From Nitrospirota bacterium (GTDB lineage: Bacteria; Nitrospirota; Thermodesulfovibrionia; Thermodesulfovibrionales; UBA9159): a stretch of DNA of 64,000 nucleotides. Of the stretch, positions 51,808 to 61,937 are shown in pieces (position 1 is the first letter of the stretch; each line of letters starts with the position of its first letter). A program made the position numbers and the translations under genes. The stretch lies in contig CAVOUE010000004.1 in the NCBI GenBank assembly GCA_963699545.1, positions 1 to 64,000 on the forward strand. The letters run 5' to 3'. The notes beneath the pieces are model-generated. The model was given only the letters and a program-made list of their open reading frames with translations, was not told the DNA's origin and searched no databases.

Positions 51808-52647
51808 ATGGACGTTCGGGAGTATTTTAAACCCCTCTCAGTCCTGACTGCCGAGGAGGTCCGCCGGTTCCTCAAAGAAAAACACCATGATGAATACTGT
51901 CTCCTTGACGTGCGCAGGCCGGCCGAGTATCAGGCCGCCCACCTGCCGGGAGCGCGCCTGATCCCCATTGATGAACTTCCCGACCGCCTGGGAGAACTCG
52001 ACCCCGCACAACCTGTTATAACCTACTGTGCCTCCGGTATGCGCAGCAGGGCTGCCGCGGCATTCCTTCTCAACGCGGATTTTAAAGTGGTCCATACTCT
52101 TGACGGCGGAATAGAGGCATGGCACGGTCTTGTGGCGCAGGGTGCCCCTGAGGCCGGCATGGCCTATTTTTCTCCAGCGAGCGGGACTGAGGAACTCATC
52201 GCCCTGGCATGGCTTCTGGAGGAAGGCTCCCGGAAGTTCTACAGCGCTCTCTCTGCCGCGATGAGGGATGAAGAGGCAGCCTCCATGTTCAGCGCATTGG
52301 CCGTCGCAGAGGAACACCACAAGTCCCCGCTGTTTCAGCTGTACAGGAAGTATTCGGGGAAAGAATCGGATCCCGGATTCCCTGATGCGGTCCTCCGGCG
52401 CCGGCCCGCCGGAGATGTCATGGAGGGCGGGATTCTCGTGAGTGAGGCGTTGCAGTGGGCAGGAGGCAGGGATGTCAGGGATGTACTGGAGCTCTCCATC
52501 TCTCTGGAGACGAATTCTTTTGACCTCTATCTGAAGATGGAGCGGGCCATGAAAGACGCTCGCTCGGCAGAGGTTTTCAGGACCCTCGCGGACGAAGAAA
52601 AGGTCCATCTCGACCGTCTCACCGGGCTCTTTGAAAGAAGACTGTAA
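51808..52647 (+). CDS. Rhodanese plus rubrerythrin/ferritin-like fusion
   Basis: LDVR, HLPGA, YCASGMRS; E..H pairs (EEHH, EEKVH). Confidence 0.82.
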   Translation: MDVREYFKPLSVLTAEEVRRFLKEKHHDEYCLLDVRRPAEYQAAHLPGARLIPIDELPDRLGELDPAQPVITYCASGMRSRAAAAFLLNADFKVVHTLDGGIEAWHGLVAQGAPEAGMAYFSPASGTEELIALAWLLEEGSRKFYSALSAAMRDEEAASMFSALAVAEEHHKSPLFQLYRKYSGKESDPGFPDAVLRRRPAGDVMEGGILVSEALQWAGGRDVRDVLELSISLETNSFDLYLKMERAMKDARSAEVFRTLADEEKVHLDRLTGLFERRL

Positions 52648-52650
52648 GGG

Positions 52651-53001
52651 TCAAATCTTGAACCTGAGGCTACCGAAGCCGTTCAGGATCAGAAGAGCGA
52701 TAACGACCTGCAGGAGAAGTCCGACGATCAGTGAGAAAATAAAGTGCGTTTTTGGAGCGAGGAAGATCACGGAGAGGATAAAGACCATCCAGGGGACGAT
52801 CATGATGATCAGGCCCTTTGCATAGGCCAGCACCGCAGCCTGGCCCGCATTAAAATATATCAGGAGAAAGGTACTGATGGTAATGACCGGCAGCGTCCCG
52901 ATAAAGGCTGCAAATAGCCCCCGGGAAGTGTTCGCAAAATACGTCACCGCGCTGGTAATGACCCCGCCGAAGAGAAAATACAGAAAGTATTTAAATCCCA
53001 T
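52651..53001 (-). CDS. Small 4-TM membrane protein (DUF3147/GlpM-like)
   Basis: FLFGG, G..AAF..TLP pattern. Confidence 0.6.
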   Translation of the reverse strand: MGFKYFLYFLFGGVITSAVTYFANTSRGLFAAFIGTLPVITISTFLLIYFNAGQAAVLAYAKGLIIMIVPWMVFILSVIFLAPKTHFIFSLIVGLLLQVVIALLILNGFGSLRFKI

Positions 53002-53099
53002 GACATGCTCCTCATTTTTTATTATAGCGCATCTGGCGAAAACTCGTCCTTATTCGTTTACTATTTGTCCCTGCTGGTTTTATAATGCAGGGGGCAATC

Positions 53100-53883
53100 A
53101 TGGATTCTGAGACGATCAAGGCGATGGTCCTGGGTGTCGTGCAGGGGATCACCGAGTTCTTCCCTGTGAGCAGCACGGCGCACCTTATTCTCTTCCCGTG
53201 GTTCTTTCACTGGGGCGGGGAACTCAATACCCTTGTGTTTGATGTTGCCCTCCACGCGGGAACCCTCGCTGCCCTGATGCTCTGCTTTTACCGTGACTGG
53301 CTCGATATGCTCGCCAGGGACAGGAAGACGCTCTTCTTCATCATCGCTGCGACAATTCCCGCAGGCGCTGCAGGTGTGCTGTTCCATCACGCTGTCGAGA
53401 ATGCATTAAGGAGCCCGCTGCTCATCGCTCTTTTCGACGGTGCTCTTCGGCATCCTTATGCTTGTCGCAGAACGCTACGGCAGGAAGAGCGGCGAGAGGG
53501 CATCTCTGCGGGACGCACTTATCATCGGAGCCGCCCAGGCCGTTGCCCTGATACCCGGAGTCTCGCGGTCGGGGGTGACGATGACCGCGGGCCTGTTCCG
53601 GAACCTGACAAGGGAATCAGCCGCAAGGTTCTCTTTTCTTCTTTCGACGCCGGTGATCGGCGGCGCAACCCTCCTTGAGGGGAGAAAGCTCCTGAAGAGC
53701 CCCGAGCGCTATCATCTTGATATCTTTGCCGTTGGTTTCTTTGCCGCCTTCATTTCCGGGTTCTTCGCGATACAGTTCCTCCTCCGGTTTCTCAGGAAGT
53801 ATCCCCTGGATGTCTTTGCCTACTACCGCTTCCTCCTGGCTGCAGTGATTCTCTTCACGTGGGCAAGGGCGGGTGGTGTGTGA
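53100..53883 (+). CDS. uppP: Undecaprenyl-diphosphate phosphatase, frameshift near 53432
   Basis: QGITEFFPVSSTAH, HAGT, PGVSRSG.T, AARFSFLL, FAYYR. Confidence 0.93.
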
Positions 53884-53887
53884 GAGT

Positions 53888-55354
53888 CTAATCCCAGTCA
53901 AGGAGCCTCTGTTCGCCTTCAAGCTTTCTGATATCGGTGACGTCCTGGGTCATTTCAAGGGTTCCCCTGTATTTCCCTTGCAGATCCCTTACCGCAAAAT
54001 ACCTGATATGAATGAACCTGCCCTTCATCTGTATCCAGAAATCGGCCACATCCCTCTTGCCGGCCCTGAACTCATCAAGGATCTTCTGGACCATATAGAA
54101 GCTCTTGGGCGGGTGGCATTTCTGTACCTTCCTGCCGATGACGCCGGGACTTCTCGGGAAGAGCCTTTCCTTTGTTGCAGAATAGTAGGCCACCTCGTCA
54201 TTTTCATCCACAAAGGAGATGTCCACCGGCAGATGCGTGAGGAGCAGGTTTATCTGTTCAAGGTTCAAACGGCCCGTTTTCATGCTCAGGGCCCCGGCTT
54301 CTGCGGGTATTGCCTCGGCGGGAAGGGCCTTCGCTCCCGGCACCCATCCCTCTTCCGGCTCGACCCATGCGTACCCTATCTCTTCTTCCCCCCTCTTCAC
54401 CTTTCCCCAGTCGGCATCGGTGAGCATCTCCAAAGACATGGGGAAGAGTATATGCTCTTCCTTGTAGATCATATCGAGGACGCTCTGGAGGAGGTACTTG
54501 AGTGTGCCGTACACAAGGGGGACCTGTAATTCCGAGACTTGGGACCGGGCATACTTGAGCGTCTGTCGTATATCGTCATGAATGGCCCACATCACTTCGG
54601 AGGGACCGGAAATCCCGTGGAGTTCAAGGACGGGGAAGAGCTGGTTCTCTTTCCTGAGATAGTGCAGGTTGACCGCGGATAACCGCTCGATGAGCGCCAG
54701 GAGGTCCCTTTTGTGCTGTCTGAAAAGTTCCTTGTCAGGAGTATCGCAGAGCGTCTCGAGGATGCCCTTGATCTCCCCGACGATCTCTTCCGCAGCCCTG
54801 TTCTCCTTCATGAAGGTGTGGAGGGGATGTCCCGGAGGGGCCGTCGGCGTCTCCTGTTCGCCCAGCGCTTCCTTAAATACCTCAACATGCACATCGCAGA
54901 GGCGCTTTATCTCGCTCTCGGGCATCCCTTCTTCCATGAGCTTCTGCTCCATCTTGGCTATCTCTGTGGCGTCGATGTCCTTAATTAGGTCGTAGAACCG
55001 CTGCTTCAGGATTGCCATGTCCACTCCCTTGTGGAGGTCTCTGATGATATCCTTCAGGATCTCCTGACGTGCTTCGGAGTCCTCCACGGGTCCGGACGGT
55101 CCTGTCTCCTTTGATATGTCCACTTCCTCTCCCGTTTTTACCTTTATTTCCACTGCGATTTCGAAAAGGAGCAGATCAAGGTCGATGCCTCCGATGTGGG
55201 CCACGTGCGACAAAGGCGCCACCTTTCCGACAGTTTTTCTCATAACAGTGCTCTGGAGCATTTTGAACTTGGGAGAGCGGTTCACAAAAAAGTCCATCAG
55301 AAAAGGATATGTCTTCAGCAGCTCATCAATCTTTGTCTTCCCACTCAGATCCAT
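53888..55354 (-). CDS. DUF1858/DUF438 plus hemerythrin-like plus PAS protein
   Basis: LCDVH, GHPLHTF..EN, HY.RKENQLFP, MW..HD, KEEHILFP, CHPPKS. Confidence 0.88.
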   Translation of the reverse strand: MDLSGKTKIDELLKTYPFLMDFFVNRSPKFKMLQSTVMRKTVGKVAPLSHVAHIGGIDLDLLLFEIAVEIKVKTGEEVDISKETGPSGPVEDSEARQEILKDIIRDLHKGVDMAILKQRFYDLIKDIDATEIAKMEQKLMEEGMPESEIKRLCDVHVEVFKEALGEQETPTAPPGHPLHTFMKENRAAEEIVGEIKGILETLCDTPDKELFRQHKRDLLALIERLSAVNLHYLRKENQLFPVLELHGISGPSEVMWAIHDDIRQTLKYARSQVSELQVPLVYGTLKYLLQSVLDMIYKEEHILFPMSLEMLTDADWGKVKRGEEEIGYAWVEPEEGWVPGAKALPAEAIPAEAGALSMKTGRLNLEQINLLLTHLPVDISFVDENDEVAYYSATKERLFPRSPGVIGRKVQKCHPPKSFYMVQKILDEFRAGKRDVADFWIQMKGRFIHIRYFAVRDLQGKYRGTLEMTQDVTDIRKLEGEQRLLDWD

Positions 55355-55423
55355 TGTGTTCCTCCTGAAAATAATTATGAAAAAGTCCTTAGTCTCATTG
55401 TATCAGGAAAGCCGTGCCGCTGC

Positions 55424-55439
55424 ATTGACATATATCATA
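55424..55439. promoter_or_regulatory. Crp/Fnr-type box upstream of the DUF438 gene
   Basis: ATTGACATATATCATA; -10 TACAAT (minus strand, 55397-55402). Confidence 0.65.
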
Positions 55440-55472
55440 GAGGAGGAGTCCGGGGAATGGACGCAGGGAGCG

Positions 55473-56144
55473 TCAGGGGGAGAGAGGAGAGCTGTCTGCG
55501 AAGATATTCCCCTCTTTCATCACCAGCAGGAAATCGGCAAGTCGTTCAGCCTGTGCACGGTCGTGGGTGGTAATGACCACAATCGCTTTAGCATTCTGTT
55601 TCATTTCCGAAATGATGTGTTCAATAATCCCGGTATTCCTCAGGTCGACAGATGCCGTGGGTTCGTCCAGGAAAATGATCTCGGGCTCAATGACCAGAGC
55701 CCGGGCAATACCGAGCCTCTGGGTCTCCCCGCTCGAAAGGGTAAGCGCATTCTGCCCCTTCTTGTGGCTTAGCCCGACAAACTCAAGCGCCCCGTTCACT
55801 TTCTTTTCCGACTCGTCACGATTCATCCCTCTTATGCTCAACCCGTACGCGACATTCTTAAAGACCGTGGTGTTAAAGACTCCGACCCTGGGGAGCACCA
55901 AGGTTATCCTGCGTTTCAGCTCAAGGTCTTTCTCCAGACCGTGCCCATCAGAGAAATAAGCGATTTCACCGCTGTCAGGGGGTTCGATGAGGGCACAGAT
56001 CCTGAGGAACGTGGATTTACCGCAGCCGTTCGGTCCTGTCAAAACATATACGCCGGGCTCATTGAATGCGAAGGAGCAGTCTCGTAGCACCTGATCGCCG
56101 TTATATACCTTCTCTATATTTGAGGCTATAAGTCTCAGGGTCAT
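55473..56144 (-). CDS. tupC: Tungstate ABC transporter ATPase
   Basis: GPNGCGKST, LSSGE, LDEPT; follows tupB. Confidence 0.75.
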   Translation of the reverse strand: MTLRLIASNIEKVYNGDQVLRDCSFAFNEPGVYVLTGPNGCGKSTFLRICALIEPPDSGEIAYFSDGHGLEKDLELKRRITLVLPRVGVFNTTVFKNVAYGLSIRGMNRDESEKKVNGALEFVGLSHKKGQNALTLSSGETQRLGIARALVIEPEIIFLDEPTASVDLRNTGIIEHIISEMKQNAKAIVVITTHDRAQAERLADFLLVMKEGNIFADSSPLSP

Positions 56145-56848
56145 TTCTTTGCTCCAATCACACCTTTTTTCTGAATAATATGGAGGGCTGAATTTATCAC
56201 TAGTGAAATGGTTAAAAGGATAATCCCAAGCGCAAGAGCAAGTTCGAAGTTCCCCTTATCCGTTTCCAAGGCTATAGTAGTTGTCATCACTCTTGTAAAC
56301 CCGGCGATATTCCCCCCAACAATGAGTATTGCACCCACTTCCGCCATCACCCTGCCAAAGGCTGCGATGATCCCTGCCATTATTCCATAACGGGCTTCTC
56401 TTATTATTGTCAGTGAGCTCTGGAAAGGTGTCGCCCCAAGCGTCATGGAAGCCTGTTTTATGATGGGGTCTACGCTCACGATTGCTGAATGGCAGAGAGA
56501 CGACACTATCGGAAATGCAAGGATGCTTTGGGCGATGATCATCGCTATGGGTGTGTAGAGTAATGCTATGAAGCCGAGGGGACCGCTTCTTGACAGCAGA
56601 AGATACACAAAGAGCCCGACGACTACCGGCGGAAGACCCATGAAGGTATTGAGGATGCTGATGATGAGCCCTTTCAGGGGAAACTTTCTGAATCCAAGAA
56701 ACGCACTGAAGGGAAGACCGATAAGGGTGGCAACAAGAAGTGCAGTTCCTGAGACCCTGAGGGAGAGGATGATGATCCCCAGCAACTCTGCATTGAGGTG
56801 CAGAATGAGAGAAAAGGCCTTACCGAACCCTTCCAGTATTGAATTCAT
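56141..56848 (-). CDS. tupB: Tungstate ABC transporter permease
   Basis: MGLPPVVVGL, FGR..AEVGA..IVGGNI. Confidence 0.88.
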   Translation of the reverse strand: MNSILEGFGKAFSLILHLNAELLGIIILSLRVSGTALLVATLIGLPFSAFLGFRKFPLKGLIISILNTFMGLPPVVVGLFVYLLLSRSGPLGFIALLYTPIAMIIAQSILAFPIVSSLCHSAIVSVDPIIKQASMTLGATPFQSSLTIIREARYGIMAGIIAAFGRVMAEVGAILIVGGNIAGFTRVMTTTIALETDKGNFELALALGIILLTISLVINSALHIIQKKGVIGAKK

Positions 56849-57567
56849 AAGGGTAAGGCCTCTCTACTGACGAGAAGCTCCACATCGGGACTTGAAGGAT
56901 TATTAAATACTTCCTTCGGTGAGCCTCTTTGTGCCACTCTCCCTTTGGAATATACAATCAATGTATCAGCCATTGTGAACGCTTCAGTGACATCATGCGT
57001 AACAAGAACGATCGGGATGTTGAACTTATTCCTTATGTCTTTCAAAAATTGCCTCATCTCAAGACGAAGGGGATTATCCAGCGCCGAGAACGGTTCATCC
57101 AGCAAAAGCACCTGTGGCTGTCGGATCAGTGCCCTGGCAAGTGCCACCCTCTGTTTCTGACCACCTGATATCTCATGGGGGTATCTGCCCTCAAGCCCCG
57201 GGAGTTTGAATTCACGGATCATCTCCCGCGCACGGTCCATTTTCTCAGGCTTCGGCACTGCCGGTGCGCCATAAAAAATATTGCCGGTGACGGTCATATG
57301 TGGAAAGAGTGCCAGGTCCTGAAAGACATAGCCGAAGGGTCGGTCCTGCGGCGGGATGTCAGTCCTCGTCGAACTGTCATAGTATACCGCGTCATCGAGA
57401 CTCACCCGTCCTTTGTCGGGCTTCATGAGGCCGGCGATCAACTGGAGGGTCATGGACTTGCCCGCGCCAGAGAAGCCAAAGAGAACAGTCAGCTCATTGC
57501 CGATCTCCCATCCGATATCAAGCCCGAAGCCGTTGAGCGTTTTCTTAAGGCTCACCTGTAGTCCCAT
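56845..57567 (-). CDS. modC: Molybdate ABC transporter ATPase
   Basis: GFSGAGKS, FQD.ALFPH, SGGQ, LDEPFSALD. Confidence 0.85.
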   Translation of the reverse strand: MGLQVSLKKTLNGFGLDIGWEIGNELTVLFGFSGAGKSMTLQLIAGLMKPDKGRVSLDDAVYYDSSTRTDIPPQDRPFGYVFQDLALFPHMTVTGNIFYGAPAVPKPEKMDRAREMIREFKLPGLEGRYPHEISGGQKQRVALARALIRQPQVLLLDEPFSALDNPLRLEMRQFLKDIRNKFNIPIVLVTHDVTEAFTMADTLIVYSKGRVAQRGSPKEVFNNPSSPDVELLVSREALPL

Positions 57568-58232
57568 CAGATGATCCTTTTCGAGTACCTGTTTGCGATA
57601 TACAGTAAGATGCCTGACAGCATGGTCAAAAGGAGAACCATGACATGGGCCTGCGACCATTCGCCACTCCCCGCATGGCTGTAAATTGCTAGGGGCATTG
57701 TGTTTGTTTTCCCCGGAAGATTTCCCGCGAGCATGAGCGTTGCCCCAAATTCTCCCATAGCACGGGCAAAGGACAACACCGTTCCGGCGACAATACCCCT
57801 TTTGGCGAGTGGCAGGATGACTTTCAGCGCCGTGTCGAGTTCAGAATGGCCAAGCGTGTATGAGGCATTGATGAGACTCTTGTTCACAGATTCTATGGCT
57901 GCACGCGCGATCTTTATCAAGAGGGGCAGGGCCACTACATAAGAAGCAAGGACAGCCGCATACCATGTAAACATAATGCTCCATCCGGTCAATACATAGA
58001 CGTATTTTCCGATGAAGCCATTTCTTCCAAAGAGGATAATCAGATAATACCCAGTGACTGTTGGAGGAAGCACCAGCGGGATTGTGCAGATCACATCCAG
58101 CAGTTCCCTGCCCCTGAAGTCCTTTCGCGCAAGAAAATACGCGACGGGTAGTCCGGTCAGGACAATAAGCGCCGTCGACACAGCGGCCACCTGCAGAGAG
58201 AGGCGTATTGAAAAAAGAACTGCTTCGTCCAT
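57567..58232 (-). CDS. modB: Molybdate ABC transporter permease
   Basis: PLVLPPTV.G, FARAMGEFGAT. Confidence 0.92.
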   Translation of the reverse strand: MDEAVLFSIRLSLQVAAVSTALIVLTGLPVAYFLARKDFRGRELLDVICTIPLVLPPTVTGYYLIILFGRNGFIGKYVYVLTGWSIMFTWYAAVLASYVVALPLLIKIARAAIESVNKSLINASYTLGHSELDTALKVILPLAKRGIVAGTVLSFARAMGEFGATLMLAGNLPGKTNTMPLAIYSHAGSGEWSQAHVMVLLLTMLSGILLYIANRYSKRII

Positions 58233-58239
58233 TTACGGC

Positions 58240-59010
58240 CTATTTTACCGTATTAAAGCCGTATTTCTGAAGTATCTTCCGGCCTTCGGGAGACAGAACC
58301 AGTGAGATGAAGGCTTTGGCCAAAGTCTCGCTCGTCGCCCCCTTGACCACAGCAATAGGATAAATTGCCGGTTTATGGCTTGTCTCAGGTGCGACCGCAA
58401 CTATTTTCGTTTCCTTTGTCCTTGCAGCGGCATCGGTTGCATATACGACGCCGGCATCAACTTCGCCGCGCGCAACGTAATCGAGCACCTGCCTCACGTT
58501 TTCAGTGAAAACGCATCTGTCCTTAATTGCGGGCAGAAGTTTGTAGTAATTGAAGACCTCTTCAGCATACCGGCCAGCAGGAACGGTCTTCGGATTGCCG
58601 ATCGCTATTTTCTTCATATCCGCTGCGACCAGCCCTTCAAAGGATTTAGGCGATGTCTTTGCCCCCGCAGGAACGATCAGTACGATACTGTTTGCGGCAA
58701 TATCGGCGCGCGTAGCAGAAACAAGAAGACCCTGCTTGTCCGCATCATCCATATCCTTTTGTGCTGCCGATGCAAAGACATCCACGGGCGCTCCACCAGC
58801 GATCTGCTTCATAAGGTCACCCGATGCGCCGAAATTGAAGGTCACTTTCGCGCCTTGCTTTGCCTCGAACAGCCTGCCTATTTCCTCAAATGCGTTCTTG
58901 AGACTTATGGCAGCTGATACAGTGATAGCCGACGTTTCAGCGTGAGAAAGACCTGTTGAGATCCAGAGACATACCGCTGTAACTACCGTAATAATAAATT
59001 TTCTTAACAT
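58240..59010 (-). CDS. modA: Molybdate-binding protein
   Basis: AAISL, FGASG, GAP.DVF.SA, VPAGRYA, VYATD. Confidence 0.93.
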   Translation of the reverse strand: MLRKFIITVVTAVCLWISTGLSHAETSAITVSAAISLKNAFEEIGRLFEAKQGAKVTFNFGASGDLMKQIAGGAPVDVFASAAQKDMDDADKQGLLVSATRADIAANSIVLIVPAGAKTSPKSFEGLVAADMKKIAIGNPKTVPAGRYAEEVFNYYKLLPAIKDRCVFTENVRQVLDYVARGEVDAGVVYATDAAARTKETKIVAVAPETSHKPAIYPIAVVKGATSETLAKAFISLVLSPEGRKILQKYGFNTVK

Positions 59011-59065
59011 TGTTTCATCCCTTGGTTTTATGCCCCCAAATCTTCGCCAACTGATTTCATCCCTA

Positions 59066-59350
59066 TCAATTCACCATGCCCATTATTCTGAAATGTGCAA
59101 GAATTTCATCGATCTCGGTCTGTCCATACCATTGAAGCAATGATTGGAGGCTCCTCATCAGTCTGCGGGCCCTCGTGTCGTCAGCGAGGAGGAAATCGAC
59201 CATTTCCCAATCCTTTACCAGTTCAAACCACTGGAGCGCGTCCCATGAAGTCAGGCAGGGGGCGCGGTACGAGTCCGTCGGATCCTCTTCGTAATATGCC
59301 TGGGCACTCTTCACCGCGTAATCCCTGATGGCATCGATCAGTTTGCTCAT
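59066..59350 (-). CDS. Hypothetical protein inside the Mo/W operon
   Basis: Co-oriented 94-aa ORF between tupA and modA. Confidence 0.5.
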   Translation of the reverse strand: MSKLIDAIRDYAVKSAQAYYEEDPTDSYRAPCLTSWDALQWFELVKDWEMVDFLLADDTRARRLMRSLQSLLQWYGQTEIDEILAHFRIMGMVN

Positions 59351-59378
59351 ATTCCCTACCCCTGGCAATGGTATATGG

Positions 59379-60191
59379 CTATTTTGCATTGGGAATGAAA
59401 AGGGCATTACCGAGACTGTCCTTGAAAGAGGCGATCGCCTGCTGGCCTTCCTTTGAAATCACCCAGTTCACAAACTCCATCGCTTCCTTGTATTTCACAT
59501 GCTTGTGTTTTTCAGGGTTCACCGCCATGACACCGTACTGGTTGAATAGTATGGGATCACCCTCAAGCACGATCACCATTTCAAGTTTGTCCTTATCCTT
59601 CGTTGCCAGCCACGTTCCCCTGTCAGTCAGGGTGTACGCCCGCTTTTCATTGGCGATCCTCTGGGTCTTTTCCATGCCCTGGCCTACCTCGAGATACCAC
59701 TTCTGGCCCCTCGGTTCTATCCCTGTTTTTTTCCAGATGGAGAGTTCCTTGGTATTGGTGCCCGAATTGTCGCCGCGCGATACAAAGGTGGCAGAGCCCG
59801 ATATCTTCTTGAGCGCGTCCGCAGCCGATTTCATCCCCATTATCTTCGATGGATCATCGGGGGGGCCTATGATCACAAAATCGTTGTACATGACATCATG
59901 CCGGTTCACAAAGAAACCTTCTTCGACAGCCTTCATTTCCTGCTCTTTCGCATGGACAAAGGCCACATCGGCATCCCCTCGCTTGCCCATTTCAATTGCA
60001 GCGCCCGTGCCACGCGCGACAACCTTTACTTTTATTCCCGTCTTCTTCTCGAACATGGGCAGGATATACGCAAACAATCCCGAGTTCTCTGTGCTTGTGG
60101 TGGATGAGCAGATGATCTCACTCTGTGCGAACGCACCGCCTGCAACAGACACAATCAAAAGGGAAGTCAGCAGCAATACAATCTTTTTCAT
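59379..60191 (-). CDS. tupA: Tungstate-binding protein (paralog 1)
   Basis: Signal peptide; STTSTENSG, GTG.A, MYNDF, SRGDNSGT. Confidence 0.9.
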   Translation of the reverse strand: MKKIVLLLTSLLIVSVAGGAFAQSEIICSSTTSTENSGLFAYILPMFEKKTGIKVKVVARGTGAAIEMGKRGDADVAFVHAKEQEMKAVEEGFFVNRHDVMYNDFVIIGPPDDPSKIMGMKSAADALKKISGSATFVSRGDNSGTNTKELSIWKKTGIEPRGQKWYLEVGQGMEKTQRIANEKRAYTLTDRGTWLATKDKDKLEMVIVLEGDPILFNQYGVMAVNPEKHKHVKYKEAMEFVNWVISKEGQQAIASFKDSLGNALFIPNAK

Positions 60192-60216
60192 TTTGCAACC
60201 TCCGATCTCATGATGT

Positions 60217-61086
60217 TTATAGTTTCTTTCCTTCCGGTGAGTTAGCGAAAAAAAGCGGCTCACCGTATTTATCCTTGCCGAAATCCCTGATAATGATCTG
60301 GGCCTCTTTCCCCTGCAGCCATTCAATGAACTGAAGAGCACCTTCATGGTTCACCTGAGGGAACTTTGCAGGATTGACCGGTATCAGCGTCATATGGTTC
60401 AGAAGCACTTCATCCCGTTCAACAAGGATCTGAAGCGTTATCTTCGGCTTCATGGTGATATAGGTCGCCCTGTCCATAATGGTATAGGCCTGCTTCTCAT
60501 TCGCATGAGCCAGGGTGGGAGCATTCCCTTTCGCGCCTCCTTCAAAAACGCTGTACCATGCCCCCCGAGGCTCTATCCCCGCTTTCTTCCAGACTTCCAG
60601 TTCCTTGACATGTGTGCCTGACTTGTCCCCTCTCGTCACGAAAGCGGACTGGGCTTGAGCGATCTTACGGAGCGCACTCGCCGCATTGCTTTCGCCCCGA
60701 ATGCCCGCCGGATCATTTGCTGGCCCTAAAATCACAAAATCGTTGTACATAAGGTCGTAGCGTTCCGTTCCATAACCGTCGGCCACAAATTTCTCTTCCA
60801 GTGCTCGTGCGTGAACCAGCACGAGGTCGTACTTCCCTGTTTCTGCCATTTTCAAAGCCTGGCCGGTCCCTGCCCCCGTATGTTCCACTGTGATCCCGGT
60901 CCTTTTCTTGAACGCATCCTCCAAGGCCCCGACAATACCGGCATCAATGGGACCGATCGTGCTGGCGAGCATGATCTTCCGCGGTTGTTCTGCAGGGTCG
61001 GCGCCGAAGGCCGGCATGCTGCAGATACACATTGCTGTAAAGAGAGAGGACAGGAGAAGCGTGGTGGCGGTTTTTGTTATGAGCAT
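60217..61086 (-). CDS. TupA-like binding protein (paralog 2, variant STIGP motif)
   Basis: Signal peptide; GTGQA, MYNDF, TRGDKSGTH. Confidence 0.85.
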   Translation of the reverse strand: MLITKTATTLLLSSLFTAMCICSMPAFGADPAEQPRKIMLASTIGPIDAGIVGALEDAFKKRTGITVEHTGAGTGQALKMAETGKYDLVLVHARALEEKFVADGYGTERYDLMYNDFVILGPANDPAGIRGESNAASALRKIAQAQSAFVTRGDKSGTHVKELEVWKKAGIEPRGAWYSVFEGGAKGNAPTLAHANEKQAYTIMDRATYITMKPKITLQILVERDEVLLNHMTLIPVNPAKFPQVNHEGALQFIEWLQGKEAQIIIRDFGKDKYGEPLFFANSPEGKKL

Positions 61087-61087
61087 A

Positions 61088-61878
61088 CTATCTTCCTTTC
61101 TTTTTTCCCTCCGACACTGGAATTGCATCCGGATAAAAGAGATTAGCGCCATGCTTGACGTATGATGCAATAATTTTCTGCCCCTCATGCGACGTAACGA
61201 AGGCGATGAAATCCATTGCTTCGCGATAGCTGACAGAGGGGAATTTTGCCGGACTCACCGCCATGACACTATACTGGTTCTTCAGGAGGGGATCGCTCTC
61301 AACCATAATTTTCAGTCGAATCCTTGACTCATAATTCAGGAATGTGCCTCGGTCCGAGAGCACATAGGCCTTTTTCCGGTCTGCGAGGAGGATAGTGTCT
61401 CCCATCTTGGCGCCGGCCTCAATGTACCACTTCTGGCCTTTCGGTAGTACACCGGCGTCGTCCCAGATATCCAGTTCTTTCACATTCGTGCCGGAATCAT
61501 CGCCCCGCGAAACAAAGGCTGCCTCTTTTTCCGCAATCAACTCAAAAGCGTCAATTGCACTCTTCAATCCCCTTGATGTGCGCCGGATCGCTTTTTGGCC
61601 CCAGAATCACGAAATCGTTATGCATCACCAATCTTCGGTTCACTCCGTATCCCTCGGCCAGGAACTTCTCTTCCCTGAAGGGATCATGGACAAAAAGCAC
61701 ATCTGCCTCCCCCTTCTTTGCAATTCGCAATGCCTTGCCGGTTCCCACCGCAATGACTTCGACCGACAACGTTATACCGTGTGGATTTCTCATAGGCCGG
61801 GATCAAAATGTCAAAGAGTCCGGAATTCTGCGTACTCGTTGTTGACGCAATAATCAGCTTTGATTTCTCTTGTTTCAT
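61088..61878 (-). CDS. TupA-like protein (paralog 3, no signal peptide), frameshifts near 61770 and 61565
   Basis: ASTTSTQNSG, GTGKA, MHNDF, SRGDDSGT across three frames; SD AGGAGG before ATG 61878. Confidence 0.8.
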
Positions 61879-61937
61879 GTTAAGCCTCCTTTCTCATTGC
61901 CGAAGTGTTATTTTTCATTCGATGACGGCCAACTGGC

